Below are positions 34,146 through 48,800 of a stretch of DNA of 64,000 nt, piece after piece. The notes below the pieces were generated by a model, which worked only from the letters and a program-made list of their open reading frames with translations, was not told where the DNA came from and did not search any database. The stretch is from Antedon mediterranea (lineage: Eukaryota > Animalia > Echinodermata), in NCBI RefSeq assembly GCF_964355755.1, contig NC_092674.1:16306001-16370000 (forward strand), read 5' to 3'. Position 1 is the stretch's first letter; each line of letters opens with the position of its first letter. A program made the position numbers and the translations under genes.

Positions 34146-36841
34146 CTGTCGATTAGCCTCGACTCGACCACACATTTTGTGTGAAGAAGAGTGCGCGAAG
34201 GCATCACGTGAATTGACTTAGAATCCTAGGCCTACTGTAGAAAGTATCGTATCGCAGTTGTGTAATCACTTCTTGTTGCTATACGCTTGGGTGCACACGG
34301 AACAACAAATTTAACTGATGAATTATTCATGTTTATTTTGTGACGTTTCATGAGGGGTCCCCAACTTATGTACGAAAAAAAAATCGCAGGCCGGCTAAGG
34401 ACTAAACAATTAATAAACAAAACAACTTGGCAACACGATTTCATATTTCAACAGCCTCGATCGTACATTCAGCACTGTACGTAGGCCTACTCGATCTTTT
34501 TCATTTTGAAACAAAATGATCATTGGTTGATTCGAAATCCATATTTACATACCGCCCGCCCCATATAGCCAAATACGGTATGATAACCTACGTCATTCTT
34601 ATCGGATGTTTGCGGTCTGCAAATCGATTTCTATACGTGTATTTTCAGGCAAAAATCGCGGTCGAAATAAAAACAAATAAATAAAATAAAATAAAACAAT
34701 TCAGACTTGGGGCAAGTCTACTATGACCATAACTGCCTTACAATTTCTGAGATATGAAAAGTGTGCTCTAAACCAAAAATGTTTGTGCCGGCTATATGTC
34801 AAAGGTCAAAATTAAGGGTTTATTGACAGTTTTATGATTTTTATTACATTAGAACAAATATAAACATATACTTTGCGAGTAATTTGAGACCACAATTACC
34901 ACTCTCTGATCAGTGGTTAATGAGATATTCATATGGCCAATTTCTTGACCAGTCGTCAGAAAAGGGGGTTCTGTCCACTTTTGACAAAAGTTTCCCATTA
35001 GAGTGAATAGAAATATGGTTCTTCTGAGTAGTTTGGCACAACAAATATTCCAATACACCTAGTAGTTACCAAGTTACGCACAGTACTAACTTTGACCATA
35101 TTGACCTTTTGGCCGCTGTACTGACCAAGCGCCCCATTTTTTTCGGCCAACAGCAAAAAATTGATCTGTATTGATATAAGGAAGCAAAAAACCATTGTTA
35201 ACATAGTTTGCTAGAGCCTTAGAGGGTGCACGTAAACCCTTTCTGGCTCCCCAACTATTGGTTCAAAGTGGGTGCAAAGACATGTCCCCTAAAATTGTAC
35301 TTAGGCCTATACTTTGAATTATACAAAATTTGTGAGTTGTAAGGTAAAGACAATTTTGAAAAATAGAGCTGCTAGGTCCCCAGAAATTACACTTAGGCCT
35401 ATACTTTAAAAAGGTCTGGCTATATTATTAGGAAGGAAAATATGCCTCATTTTAGATACACCGAAACCAAAGGTACTACTGTAGTAAACATTGCTATCAG
35501 ACTACGGTTACAGAGTATTTGCGTGCTTTTGCTGATAGCTTCCGGGAATTTCCCTTTTAAAATTCCATCGAAAGCTGGACACTTGGAATACTGAATCTAT
35601 GCTTTCACTGTACCGTTGTCATACAGTAGCTAGAAAGTATTGATTTATTAATAATACTCAAACATACAATTAGCATTGATCTACAATCAACCCATTTCTT
35701 ATTTGCCTTTCCCACGCACTCTATTTCTTTTTTCTTCAGCCTGGTACGAATTTGCTATTCCACCTGCCTCCTCGACTGTTATTACGCAACATGGTGGGAG
35801 CCTCTGCAAAACTCAAGACGATAATAAATATTAATTTAAGGGTAGTTAGTCGCTTTTAAAGTTGAAAATCCTTGATTTGGCACACTTAGTTAGTATAGGG
35901 TATTGTTTTATTTTTGTTAGGAAATAGATCATATTTCTCCCCGCGCAGGGGTTTCCCCTGACCTGATAGCGCGTTTAGTGCGACACCGCGGAGTAATTAC
36001 GGCGGGGTTCCTCTAATTGGGAGCATTGCCGAGGTGCGAAATCTACACGGCGGAGCTTCCCCTTTTATACCTACACGTTCCCTGTTATTTTGTGTTTAAA
36101 TAGAATATCATTGCGTAATTTAACACACTTGTAAACTATTTTAATGTTTTGCGATGTGTGGCGACTTTGCTATGGGGCGACTTGACTAATCCCTCCTAAA
36201 TACGACGCAAAACAAATAAACATACTAGTTGACGTTTTTTAAAAGTAAATTGTCCTCTGAAAATAGGCTTGAAAACGCTATGTTATTTCTGTTAGTTACG
36301 AAGCGTTGCACGGCGTCATCAATCGATGTCTTCTGTTTCGTGAAATAAGCCTATACACGCACTAAATTATTTGTTCGTATCAGTCGTTTAATTTTCTGAT
36401 AATATAAACTGTGGACACGTACAAGTTTCCGCAGTGTGGCCTACTGCATCCTTGATGCTGATTGATTATTTTTTACACCAATCGCCTCAAAAGTATAATG
36501 AAAATGCAAAACACACACAATATATCCTATTTTGTATAATTTACACTTTATACTGGGTAATGGGGCTTGGTTATAATTGATAGGGACTTGGTTGGGCTTA
36601 GTATTTAAGAGGACTCAACTGAAGGCACACTTGGCGTTTCATAACCGTTAGCATGGCGACACGATACGTCACACAGTACACACGCCACACCACTTTTGTG
36701 AACAACATAAACAAAGTCGTAAACAACTCTTGCTTGGAGTTTGCTAGGCCTAAATTATTTTCTGTTGATTCGACGATTGGATTTACTTATTCATCTTAAC
36801 TAATATATTTTATATAGGCCTAACGCCCAAATAATGTTGAA

Positions 36842-39800
36842 ATGCCTTCCTATGTGAGTTTAAAAACTGCAAATATCGGAGTTTTGTTACCTACATTCAT
36901 CATGCAGCCTCTAGCCTTGGTGTGGTGGTAGGGCCAGGCTAGACCCTAGCTAGGCCTGGTGTGGTGGTAGGGCCAGGCTAGACCCTAGGCCTCTAGATAG
37001 GCCTCTAGGCTCTAGCCTATATATAGGCTAGGCCTAGAGGGCCTAGGCTAGGCCTTGTCTAGTAGGCCCCCTCCTAGCCTAGCTAGCTAGTACGGTTGGG
37101 CTAGCCTAGCCTAGTAGCTTGCGGGCAGGACCTCGTGTACGGTGTAGGTTACTATTAGTATTAGAGTAGCCTAGGCCCTAGCCTACTAGGCTAGGCCTAG
37201 GTCTAAACTAAGTAAAGTAGCCTAGTACAGTTGTAGTAGGCCTAGCTAGGCTAGCTAGGATGGATCAGGTAGGATTGGATGGTACTGTAGGCTTCGATAG
37301 CTACCCTGCTTGGTGGGACACCCTCGTCCGGCGCTCGGCAGTTTCGCACCTAAAACTAAACTGGGCATAATAAGACTTCTCGGTCATTCACCATTACTGC
37401 CGCGCAGCGGGTGAATGTTTTTAAATTGGATAAGCTAGAGAGATTGTGATGCGACAGTGCAGTAGCACCCTCCTTCCTACCTAGTAGGGTTAATTAATCT
37501 CTAGGCCTATACTTTAAAAAGTAAACTGCTAGGCCTACTAGCTAGCCTAGGCCTAGCTAGAGAGGCCTACACCTACTATAGGCCTAGGTGGTGGAGTACA
37601 GTAGCTAGCCTCCAAACAGGTCGGTCAGTTTTTTCCATACAATAGTTCCTCCATCCTTTCACTTTGGACTCAATCGACTCTTCGGATAGGAAGTCTGCTT
37701 ACAAACTAGGCCTACTTTGTGTCTGATAGGCAGCACAACGACACCGACGAGGCTAGCCGCGATTGACCAATTATATTTCAGAGATCATGCAGGTTATTGG
37801 ATCCCCAGATGTAGAGACAATTGAACGAAAACATTATGAAAGGGGTTTTGTTTTTTTTTCAGTTTATAATTACTGTTCCCTTGATTGAATTTATGATTGA
37901 ATTTATTTGATGCTCAACATTAATATAACGAACAGACAAAAGACAAAATAACGAGCATCAGGAACACCCATTAGGCCGGAAAAACCAGCCCATTTCCAAT
38001 GGGGTCCAAATTGCACATAACAAACAATAGAAAATACAACATTATAAAACTATAAATATATAAATATACATAAAAATAAAGCCCAGTAAAACAGAAAAAT
38101 TAAAAGAGAAAGCAAACAAGTAATGAGAAAAATTGCACGTTATCAAGACCATTATAGTTATCAAAATTATTCTAAATATAAAATATATTTATATTATATA
38201 TAAGGTCATTATATAAAAAAGGTCCACTTTTTCAGGCCTCTATGCCTGATATTTTCAAAGTATAAGTGTAATTTTTGAAGACCTGTAGCTCTTGTTTTCA
38301 AAATTTTCTTAGCTCAGTCCCAACCATAGAGCTGGTCATGGATACTTATAAATTTTGTTTCATATTTCAAAGTAAAATAAGTGCATTTTCCGAGGACCTA
38401 ACAGCTCTATTTTTCGAAAAATTGTCTTAGCTCAGTCCCAACCATGGTAGCTGGTCCTGAAGATACTGTAGTTTGTTTTATATTTCAAAGAAGGCCTATA
38501 ATCTAATTTCCGGTGACCTTATAGAAGCAACTCTATTTTTCTAAATTTTCTTAGCTCCATCCCCAAGCATGGTGGGCTGGAATTTTGTTTCATATACCAA
38601 TGTATAATTGCAATTTCTGGGGACCTAGCAGCTCTATTTTTCAAAATTGTCTTGCAGGTCAGCTCAAGGGTGTTAGTCCTGCGCATTTACAATTCACATC
38701 CCCATACAGCAACCAGCCTACACGTGCCTCTGCGATTAACGATATCTTGGCCTGTGGCCATGTTTTATGTTCGCATATTTTTTCTATGCTACAATTTACC
38801 AGATAATTAATATAGGTATATTGAAAAAGGTCACTTCATTATTAAAATTGAAATAATTGATTTACACACAGTCATCACATTGGACCTTGTGTGCAATGTG
38901 TTTTGCACACAGTATTTTATTTAAGTACCATAACAAAATGGAAATAGTTGACTACCCTAAATCTGATTAAAACGGCCTCAAACTGTGCTACAATGCACCC
39001 CAACCCTTAAAAGGGCAATTTCCGGTAACTTAGCAGCTCTAATTTAAAAAAAATTTTCTACTACAGAATTTTTGTTCCATATTTCAAATTAAGTTTCATT
39101 TCCGGGCATCGTAACAGCTTTATTTTTTCAATTTTTCTTACCTCAGCCCCAGTGACGATGGTGGGCCGAGGTCCTAGGTCCTAGGTCTTGTACATTTTTA
39201 TTTCAAATTAAGTGCCATTCGAGCAGCTCTATTTTCTCCATGAAAATGTTATCAACAGTTTTTTGTATTGTTGTGGTTTTTTTATTCGAAATGAAATAAT
39301 CTCAAAATTGTAAATTTTTGTTTGGAAAAAGCTTGAACTCATTTTTTTTTATAATTTTTATACTGTACAGATTTGTAGGAAGAGTAACCAACTTCTCAGA
39401 AGACCCATAGCACCATCACAAACATCAACAGTAGAACAAGTTGAAAAAGATTTAAATGAAAAGAATGTTATAGTGCATGAAACAAAGTCATTTGTCAGCT
39501 CATGCCAGAATTTATCTCCAGTGCCAAGTGTTGCACCAACTCTAGCGTCAGATATTGAAACAGGGGATTTTGCAGAGTTTCAGACACCAGCAAACACACC
39601 ACGCACACGAGCAAAGAGTAGGAAATCACAAAAAAATGCTTGTGCACCCCTTTTCACTGGAAAACATGATTTTAGATTTAAGATAGAGCCTAGGTATCAA
39701 TTGAGCCACAATTACTTACCTAAGGTTGAGTCACCCTCAATAGTATATCCTTATAAACCAAGAGGACCAGATGCATTTCCATTTAGAGAGCCTATGCGAC

Positions 39801-42800
39801 CTCCAGAAGTTAAAAAGGAACTTTTATATACAGACACTTTTGATATGGAGAATTTAAAGTTTCCTGAATTTACATTAAATGACTTTCAGTTTGATATCAA
39901 TTCTATTTATGAAATGCCAAAAGTTACTATGACAAAAGCTGTGCTATCAAAACAGAACTATAAGAAATTAACAACATTGTTCGCAACATTAGTTAAAACA
40001 CCAAGACAAGAGAAAGTAAACACAATTCAGCTAAAAGGTAGGATTAATATGTCCTAATAATTTAATTAAAGGCAAATGACTAATCAATGTACTGTTATAA
40101 TTTTTATTATTATAATGTTTTTTTTACATTATTTATGCATGTTAACCTATTTGTTTTGTTCAAACTTGTTTTCTTACATGTAAAACTTAACTTGCTTATG
40201 TAGTGACATGCCAACTTGTTACTTTATATATCATTTATGCTTGTGTAAGTGTGGAAATAAATATTACTTACTAAACTATTACTTATTACTAAAATATTTC
40301 ATTGTTTATAGGTGAAAATATTCCTAATGTTCAGCCCAGAATTCCTCAGTGTCAGTTGTTGGCTGAAATTGCATTAACAATTCGTCAACAAATGCGAGAG
40401 TTGATGAATGAAGGTATACATAATGATATTACTCAAGTCTATATAACATCAAACAGTCAGTTGACTCCATTGGACAAAGGCAAACCAATGCGGAAAAAAG
40501 TGTAAGTTTTTTACTTTTATTGCTTGTTATTTAACCATTTGTACTAAAATACTGTAAAGCATGCATTTTAACCTATTTTTCAACTACTGAAATTCAACTA
40601 CAAAATTATTTTGAATGGTGGCTAGGCATGCAAGAGAGAATTTTTTTTATGGATGATGATAATAATACAATACTCTTTCTTTGTTTTACAGACATGACAT
40701 GCCATATGTGAATGAAGCAATAGTTACAGTTCCAGTTGCTAAATATTTTCAAGGGGCCAAGCGTAGTTATTCTCCTTTCAGTAAGTTCATGCACATAATG
40801 CCAGCCGTTGGTACATTTGTTCTTAAGGAAAGCCTAGGCACAATCAGTCTTTCTTATTTATCTCACACTGTTCAGTTAAATGTTCATAGCCTATTTGTGT
40901 TTCATAACATTATTTTCTTCTTCTTTAATCTCCCCTTTTTTCTACTCTAATTGGATGACCCAATAACGGTGTAACAGGTGGAACATTTGTAGAGTGAAAT
41001 GTGACTCTGTAATTCCAAAAATCCATGATAATCTTTTTACTATAAGAACTCACAATACTGTCTGTCTGTTATATCCGGGTGACATAGGTTTAATGTTGTC
41101 TACTCTTGTTCCTGCTTGGCGTAATAAGATAATCAATATTTAATTTCGGTCTAAAATATGGCATCAACTGTCTTTGACACTGTGTCAACCTCAATTGTTT
41201 TTATGGTATATATTTTTATTATAACGCACCTGATTGTAGTCTTGCAATTTCATTGGTTATTGATGTTTCATTTGAAATTAGCCCTACCTAACAAAAAAGT
41301 GATAACAATTGTGATAATTAATGCACTCAAATTCACGTTCAGCTTTTCTTTAAACATATTGGGCATTTTTGCCATGCGACGTTGTTGACTAATCGCGTTC
41401 CGAAATCAACGTGTTGTCGCAGCCTCTATACTCCACATTATTGTTTGTTTGTTTAAAATAATATCTAAATAGATTCTTGTCATTTGAATTGAATAATAGG
41501 TACATTTGATTCACATTAAAACAGTAACATTTAATTGGCTTTTTGTAAATATATGTTTTTTTATATTAAATATTTTATTTATTTGTATATTTTTATAAAC
41601 ACACCTACTGTAGTTTCAATTATGTCAACAACTGACCAAACAATCTTAGGCCTAACCTAATACTAATACAGTAGCAAACTGATCTTTAATTCTGTTTTTT
41701 TCCTAATGATTCCACTTCTTGTAGTAATGTACCCATTAATTAATCACAATACTACAAACGATCTAAAACTAATTTAAATGCTTATTTTGGTCTAATTTAA
41801 TACATACATGCCAACATCTGAAGTTAAAAAAACGGGAAGTGGTGTTTTTTGTCAACAGCACCCTCTGTCTATTATTCGAGATGTAAGGAGTGCAGTGTGT
41901 GACATCATAAGCAGTATCACATGGTGGCTATGTGAGGGGAATCCCTTTTCTGTTCATAAAAAAATTATGACTGCAGATGGTCGTGCAATGGCTTAAGAAT
42001 CATAAATTTGCTTGTGAAGCCTTTTTGTTGTATTTTAATGCAGAAAACAACACATTATACATCAAAATTCAGTTACCTTTGTAATCAGGGAGAAAATGTT
42101 AATCGGCATGTATGATATCTCTAAAAAAAATGATATATCTCTAAAAAAATGATATAGGCGGCACTGTTTGATTTATAAATAAATTAAATGGTCCTAAAAA
42201 AATATTTTCCGTTTGCAAAAAAAAGATTTTTTTTTCGACTTTACTATTTAATGATTGTGAAATAGTGCATACTACTTCATGCCATGTGACCCACAATCAT
42301 CTAATTAAATGACAGGAATTTATTTAGGTGTTGTAAATATAACAAAACAAATATTGAATGTTTTGTATTCGTTGAATGGAGAGAATATTTCATTTGATGA
42401 AAAATTGATGGCTCTGTTTCATTAAATGAAATAGAACAGTCAAATCATGAAATATTCTCACTAAGTATCCACCTCTAAATCAGTCATTATTTGTATATTA
42501 TTTTACAGCTATAGTAATTTTAATTATGGTTTTAATGAGCTGAATGGAAAATTCAGTGAACTATTTTTTTTACAGATGATTCTGACCAGTCTTCAACAAT
42601 AACCCCAGCAGAGCTGGCTATTCTAGATTGCCTAGTGAATGGTGGTCTTGCATTGAGCTTAAAAGTATGTGTTCTTATGTCAGGTGACTATTGCCTCACA
42701 TTAATATCTGAGCTCTCAACATCTTACTCTTTGTGTTACTTCATATAAATGTCAAACAATGAATCATGTGAATAAAATAGAATTCAAAAATATAATTTGA

Positions 42801-45800
42801 ATAGAAATTATATGTTTAGTGACTTTCTCAAATGATAATATGAATTTTCTATGAGTACAGTATACTACCTACCTAAAAGAAAGAAAAAAGAATTAAAAGT
42901 TAATGAAACTAAAAAAGCAGTGTATGTACCTTAGTTGAGCATTTCAAATATTATTATATTAATTATTATATATATATAATATTGTCTCTATTTTTAATTG
43001 AATTAATTTTGTCACATTTTAGGCTCATTTTATTGCACAGTTACCCGAGATTACACCTCTAAGGACAACTTTAACCTACCTGAACCTTTCTTTCAATAAC
43101 TTTTGGGTAAGTCTATTTCAGTCTCATTAAATTAATGTGTTTTAACAGAGTTGTAACAAAATAGATTGACAGTAATTGTATTACATCAGGCATGGATCCT
43201 CCACCTAATTTTTTTTGGCTTATAGCCCTGGGCCTGGTCTACTACTAAAGGTTTTTTTTTGTACCTTTTGTATCAATTTCCTTCAGCGTGTATAGGCTTT
43301 GTCAAATGTTTTACCCTACCCTGACGTAATTTGTACTTTATACTATGTACATTGAGAATTCTCCTGTAGACCACTAACCTTGCGCTGATGGCTAGGGGTT
43401 AGCGCCTGCAATAAGGTTGATGTTTATATGCCACAACTCTACAGATGTAGGGCGAATAATGTATTTGAATAACTGTCAATAACTCAATACAACAACATGA
43501 AAATCAAAGCAACAACTAACGAACAACGCCAGCCCAAGAGGGTGCACTGGCGTGACTACTTTTCTTTCTTCTTCATAAAAAAGTATCAGTTTTTATCTAA
43601 TACAATTTCCTTTAAAGCAATACATGAGAAAAGCAAAATATATGGTAACCGGGTTCACAAAATCAAAGCTAATAATAAAATAATGTTAGTCTGTGTATAA
43701 TTTTTAAAATAATAATATCGTGCAAGATCGTAAAACCACTAGTCCATAATAAATTCAGCAAATCGGTTTGGTAGGTGGTGAGAGCGTTGAGGTCTTAAGC
43801 AAGACTGAGTTGGTTGGTTCATCGCGAAACTGGTTGTAGGGCGGATCACTATCACGGTGTTTGTGGCACCGTCGACAAGCGGAGAAGATATCTCGACAGG
43901 AATAACAGGCTGAACCGGGGCTACCACGGTAGGTCCAAATGTATAATCCTCATAGTCTGATCCCTTTACTCTGGTACTTTCGTGAAGTAAGCGTACTAGG
44001 AGCAAGTATAGAGCTAGGAACTTTAAAGCATTCGGATCGCTTAACACAGTAAGATGTGTTTCGTAACTGGGTTCCACTGAACTTGCGAACGCAACACCAT
44101 GTACCATCAACAGATACGACAAGGTATCTCTTACGAGCGTTAGACTTGTTAAGGTCTGCATAAAGGTATACGAGATCACCCACCTCCACAGGAGTTCACG
44201 ATTGGGAGCTTTTGAAATTTGACTGTATTTGTGATTAGCGGTGCGCGTTGAGTGCTGTTCTTTGGATAAGCTCGAGGTCAGAGAGTGGGATCTGTTCGTG
44301 GGAAAACTGGTCACGCTGGGTCCACATCTCACGAGCGGATAAACCACGGGAGCGAATGCATGAGTTGAGTTGTGCGGTTGCAATAGGCGATATAAAACCA
44401 GCATCAGGATCCAAACGAAGTAGCTCATCTTCCATGGAGCTTTAACAATTGTGCTTCGGGAAATAACAGGACAGTAGTTTGCGATCTGGCCTAGCATGAG
44501 CTCGAGCATGTGTACCCTTTTCTGAGCAGTACGTCGACGTGCTCTAGGGACAGCGTCATCATCGTCCTCAAATAGGCGGAGGGATCTGGTTTTGGTGGCC
44601 CATTGTGTGCCTTCTATAAAGAATGGAGCAAAATTTTCATCCAACAAAAGTGTATAAATAATGTTCTGCTGCCATGACTCAAATGAGTTTATTGTTTCAG
44701 TTTTGGTTAAGCTCCACTGTTTAGGAGCTCTGTTAACGTTCGCCATCCTACCAGCTATATGTGCTGGCTGGTCGTACGCCTCTGTGCGTTAGTGCGGTCT
44801 CGTAGATAATACGGTCTGGTTTTAACAGTAGGTTCGAATATCTTGGGCCGCCACCATGCCAATAAGGTTGATGTTTATATGCCACAACTCTACAGATCAC
44901 ACATAGACCGATGTAATGCCACTAATGTATTTTAATAACTGTCAATAACTCAATACAACAACATTTTTTCCAAGTTTCAAGTTTCAATTTATTTATCAAA
45001 CACAAAAAGTAAAACAGGTGATAAAATAAGAACCATTGTGAACGAAAGGAAGACCAATAAGAGCATACAGTAGATCATAACAAATGGTCACCTAAAAAAA
45101 ACAGAAAGTATAAAAAGTAAAAAATAGTTTATATGCCACCAACATTAAGATAAGTGCGGTTACAATGAACCACTTGAAGGCGATCCCACAAACCCTGTAA
45201 TGTTTAAGTTTTAGTAAAAGTATTTTGTGGTCTATCGTGTCAAAAGCCTTCGAGAGGTCCAGGAAAATTCCAAGAGTATGGCACTTTTTGTCTAACTCGG
45301 TCACAATTTTATTATAGGCTTCAAGTATCGCCATGTATGAGGATGTTTAGATCTAAAACCAAATTGGGAATTGTGTAATAAATTAAAGCGAGAAATAAAA
45401 TTATATAGTCTTGTGTGGACAATCTTTTCTAATAGTTTTGAAAAGACGAGAAGAAAAGATAGCATCAGCTTTTAAGTGATCATGACCACAACTGGTACCA
45501 GATTTTAATGATTGACATAGTTCAATTACTTCATTAGAATTTGTTGGGGTAAAATATAATGAATTTATTGGTGAAATAACATAAAATCCTTGTTTGATGA
45601 TTGCATTTTAGAGGCCAGATTAGATCCAATATTAACAAAATAAGAATTAAAATGGTCAGAAATTGTACATGGATCAGATAGAAGAATTATTTATTTTAAA
45701 TGTTCCAGGAAGAGTATGAGTTTTATGACAACCTAAGATAGTGTTAAGAATGTTCCAAGTTTGTTTAGAATTGTATTTACAACTTTCAAGTTTTTCGGAA

Positions 45801-48800
45801 TAATATTGTCTTTTGGAGACTCTAATTAAGGTAGTAAATGTACATTCCGATAATGATGGCATTTTTGTTGGTTTAGATCTGTGGGATTGTTCATATACTT
45901 TTTGTAGAGTTTTTGTTTTCGATTTATAGATTTAATCACAGCAGAAAATATCCACGGCTTCTTGGAAATACAAGTTTGCCTACGGCCAGAAAGAGATCGA
46001 GAATTTACAATTGCAAAAAAAAATATTTGATAAATACATCATATGCATCCTAATTATAATTTAAAACAAAAGACCAATCTGTTTCAGATACATTATTATA
46101 AAAAGCATTTAGCCTATTTTGCTTAAACAAACGGTGCATTTAGAAAATTGTTGATGGTATCGTTAACATTGTATTTTAATAAATCTAGATTGAAATCACC
46201 AGAGATGTAACATTTTTTGCCTTCACTGGTAACCTTAGATAAACAATTTTCAAGATCATTTTTAAACAAGTTGCAATCCGTAAATAAACATTTCCAACAA
46301 TAATATTTTTACAGATTGGATTTGAGATTTCGATAAATGAAGATTCGGAGTGGTTATTAATTGATGATTCAACTATTAATTTAAGATCAATTCTTACAAA
46401 GAATTCAACGGAGTTATGAATATAGATTGCTGAACCACCACTCATTCGTTCAAGACGGAAATTGCTTATTAAGTTGTAATTTTCAAGATCTATTATATTT
46501 GAGTTATTGTCATCAAACCATGTCTCTGACATTGCATTTACTGTAAAGGTATGACTTAAACTGAATATAAAAGAGCGGATGTTATCGATTTATTAAGGCT
46601 GCGTGGATTTATGTGCAAAATTGAAAAATCATTTTCATGGGGAGACATTTCTATATTATTATCATATATATTGTTTGAAGGTTTGGATGGCGAAATCAAA
46701 TGTTGATATACTGTTTGCGGTTCACCTTCTCAGAACTAATATACGTGGTGTACCGCAAACAGTATCAACAATATTATCATATAAATATGAACACTTTTGC
46801 GATACTTATTGTGGTTATTTATGCTACTATATTTGTGCAACTATTCATCAATTTCAAATAGGTTTAGTTTTAAACAAAGCATTTTGTTAAAATTTGTAGA
46901 GTTACTGTGACAAAATAAAGTAAATCTAAACTCATTGTCATCGGTATAATGATTAAAAGGAAGTAAATCTCCTGTACATTGGAAACAATACGAGTCTTTA
47001 AAATCACTTTCGTCACTGTAAACACACCTTACATGATAGTGTGAATTGCAGGAATAACACTTTATGTGGGGTTGATTTGAGTAGATAAGTTTAAAACAAG
47101 TATTACATATTATTTCCATCTAAAGGATTTGGTAAAACAATAACGATCAAGAGAAATAAGATAATATACAAAAAATAGTATCATGCCAATAATATTTAAA
47201 CAGAAACATAATAATGTAAAAATAAACGTGTAACTAAAATACAGAGTTTCTATCATCAAAGATGAGAAAAAGGCTAAAAAGTGAGAGACATTCCAAGAAA
47301 AAATAAAGTTATTATAAAGTTCATAAAAGAAACAGTTCAAGGTCTAATTGCCGTTCCAACCCATGTTGTCTACGAAGAGTTGAACAAGTATACCATTTAT
47401 ACGTATCTTAGCGTGTTTGCCTTCAGCTTAAGTTTAACATGGAAATCTCGCACATGGTCTCTCTGGACTGATCCAGGGGTGGATTCAAAGGGTGGGTGGG
47501 TTTGGTGATTGGTGTAAATGCACAGCTTCTTATAACTATTGACTTAACCGTGTACAGGATTATTATTTTATTGTAGTTACTGTAAATGCAAAAAAAAAAC
47601 ACTGTTTGAGCAACGATCAACAATCAAACAATCACGCAAAACAATGTTATGTCATCCTGTGTTTTTAGCGACGAAAAATTATCGTGATCAGGATCGCTGA
47701 TTGCTTGGTAGCGTCCAGCCAATAAGAGGTGCCATTTATCATGAAATTTATGTACGAGAGTACCATTTCCAACCATCTGGGGGTGTCATTTACCAAAATT
47801 TGCCAACATGCGCCAACAATTTCAACATGCTGGATCTGTACATGGTAGTGCCATATGTTGTGTCATCTTTTGTTATTGTTAAGATTTTTCCTTAATTTTG
47901 GTGATACTAGAAGATTCAGCATTATTATATAGCACCAGGCATAAATAAATATTATAGTGTAAATGTTGCATCACAGAATTTTGAGATGTACAGACAGGAT
48001 CGCGACTCGAAAGCTGTGGGAAAATTCCGCGGGGACGGAGTATGTCTGCTTGTTACTCAAAATTGGTGTAAGGATATAAAGAATCTGTCAGCCACATGCA
48101 CATCGCAGCTGGAGGCGCTTACGATTAGCTGTCGTCCTTTCTACTTACCACGGGAGTTGACGTCGCTAATCATAACAGTAGTCTACATACTGTACCTCCT
48201 GATGCAAATGCTATAACATTAACGTCGGTTCTGATGAAAATGCTTTGAACATATATGTGCTTAATTACCTGAAGGCCAAGTGTCCTCGAGATCTTGACCA
48301 ATATCAGTTCGCTTATGGACCAAACCGGTCTACCGAAGATGCTGTATCTATCACTTTGCATAGGATCTTAGAGAATCTCGAACAAGATAAAAGATGCTAG
48401 GATTTTATATACCGGTAGATTTTAGTTCAGCATTTAATACGATTGTACTGTATAATAAGGGACACACTAAGATGGTTGAAATCGGTTTCAATATTTCTAT
48501 ATGTAACTGAGTGTTAAACTTTTTAGCTGATCGACCCCAACGTACTAAAGTAAAAGTGGGCACCATTTTATAAGGTATACCACAGGGCTGTGTACTGTCG
48601 CCCTTTCTTTTTACTTTAATTACCTATGACTGTCTTACCTACTACAGTACAGTAACTGTCATATCGCTAAATTTGCAGAGGGTACTACCATTGTAGGTCT
48701 AATCAATGATGACAGTGATGAGTATAATTATCGCAACCAAGTTAAACAAGTTGTAGACTGGTGTAACGAAAACAATCTGTTCTTGAATGTATCTAAGACT

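Larger units (their letters stand above)
25242..34230. mobile_element. Putative endogenous viral element (fragment of a large dsDNA virus, possibly herpesvirus/mirusvirus-related)
   Basis: Abrupt shift to GC/CpG-rich DNA. About 12 tightly packed or overlapping intronless ORFs on both strands, several with AATAAA at or just after the stop. No transposase, RT or recognisable host genes. Confidence 0.75.

Noticed and set aside
25242-34230. Bacterial or phage contamination, or a Maverick/Polinton or Teratorn element
   Set aside because: No operon-like or recognisable bacterial genes, and eukaryotic polyA signals and microsatellites are present. No pPolB, integrase, ATPase, piggyBac transposase or TIRs are visible. 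Misassembly cannot be excluded without reads.
35838-36194. Possible MITE with AGGGTAGTTAGTCGC / GCGACTTGACTAATCCCT ends
   Set aside because: The inverted repeats are imperfect and no TSD could be identified.
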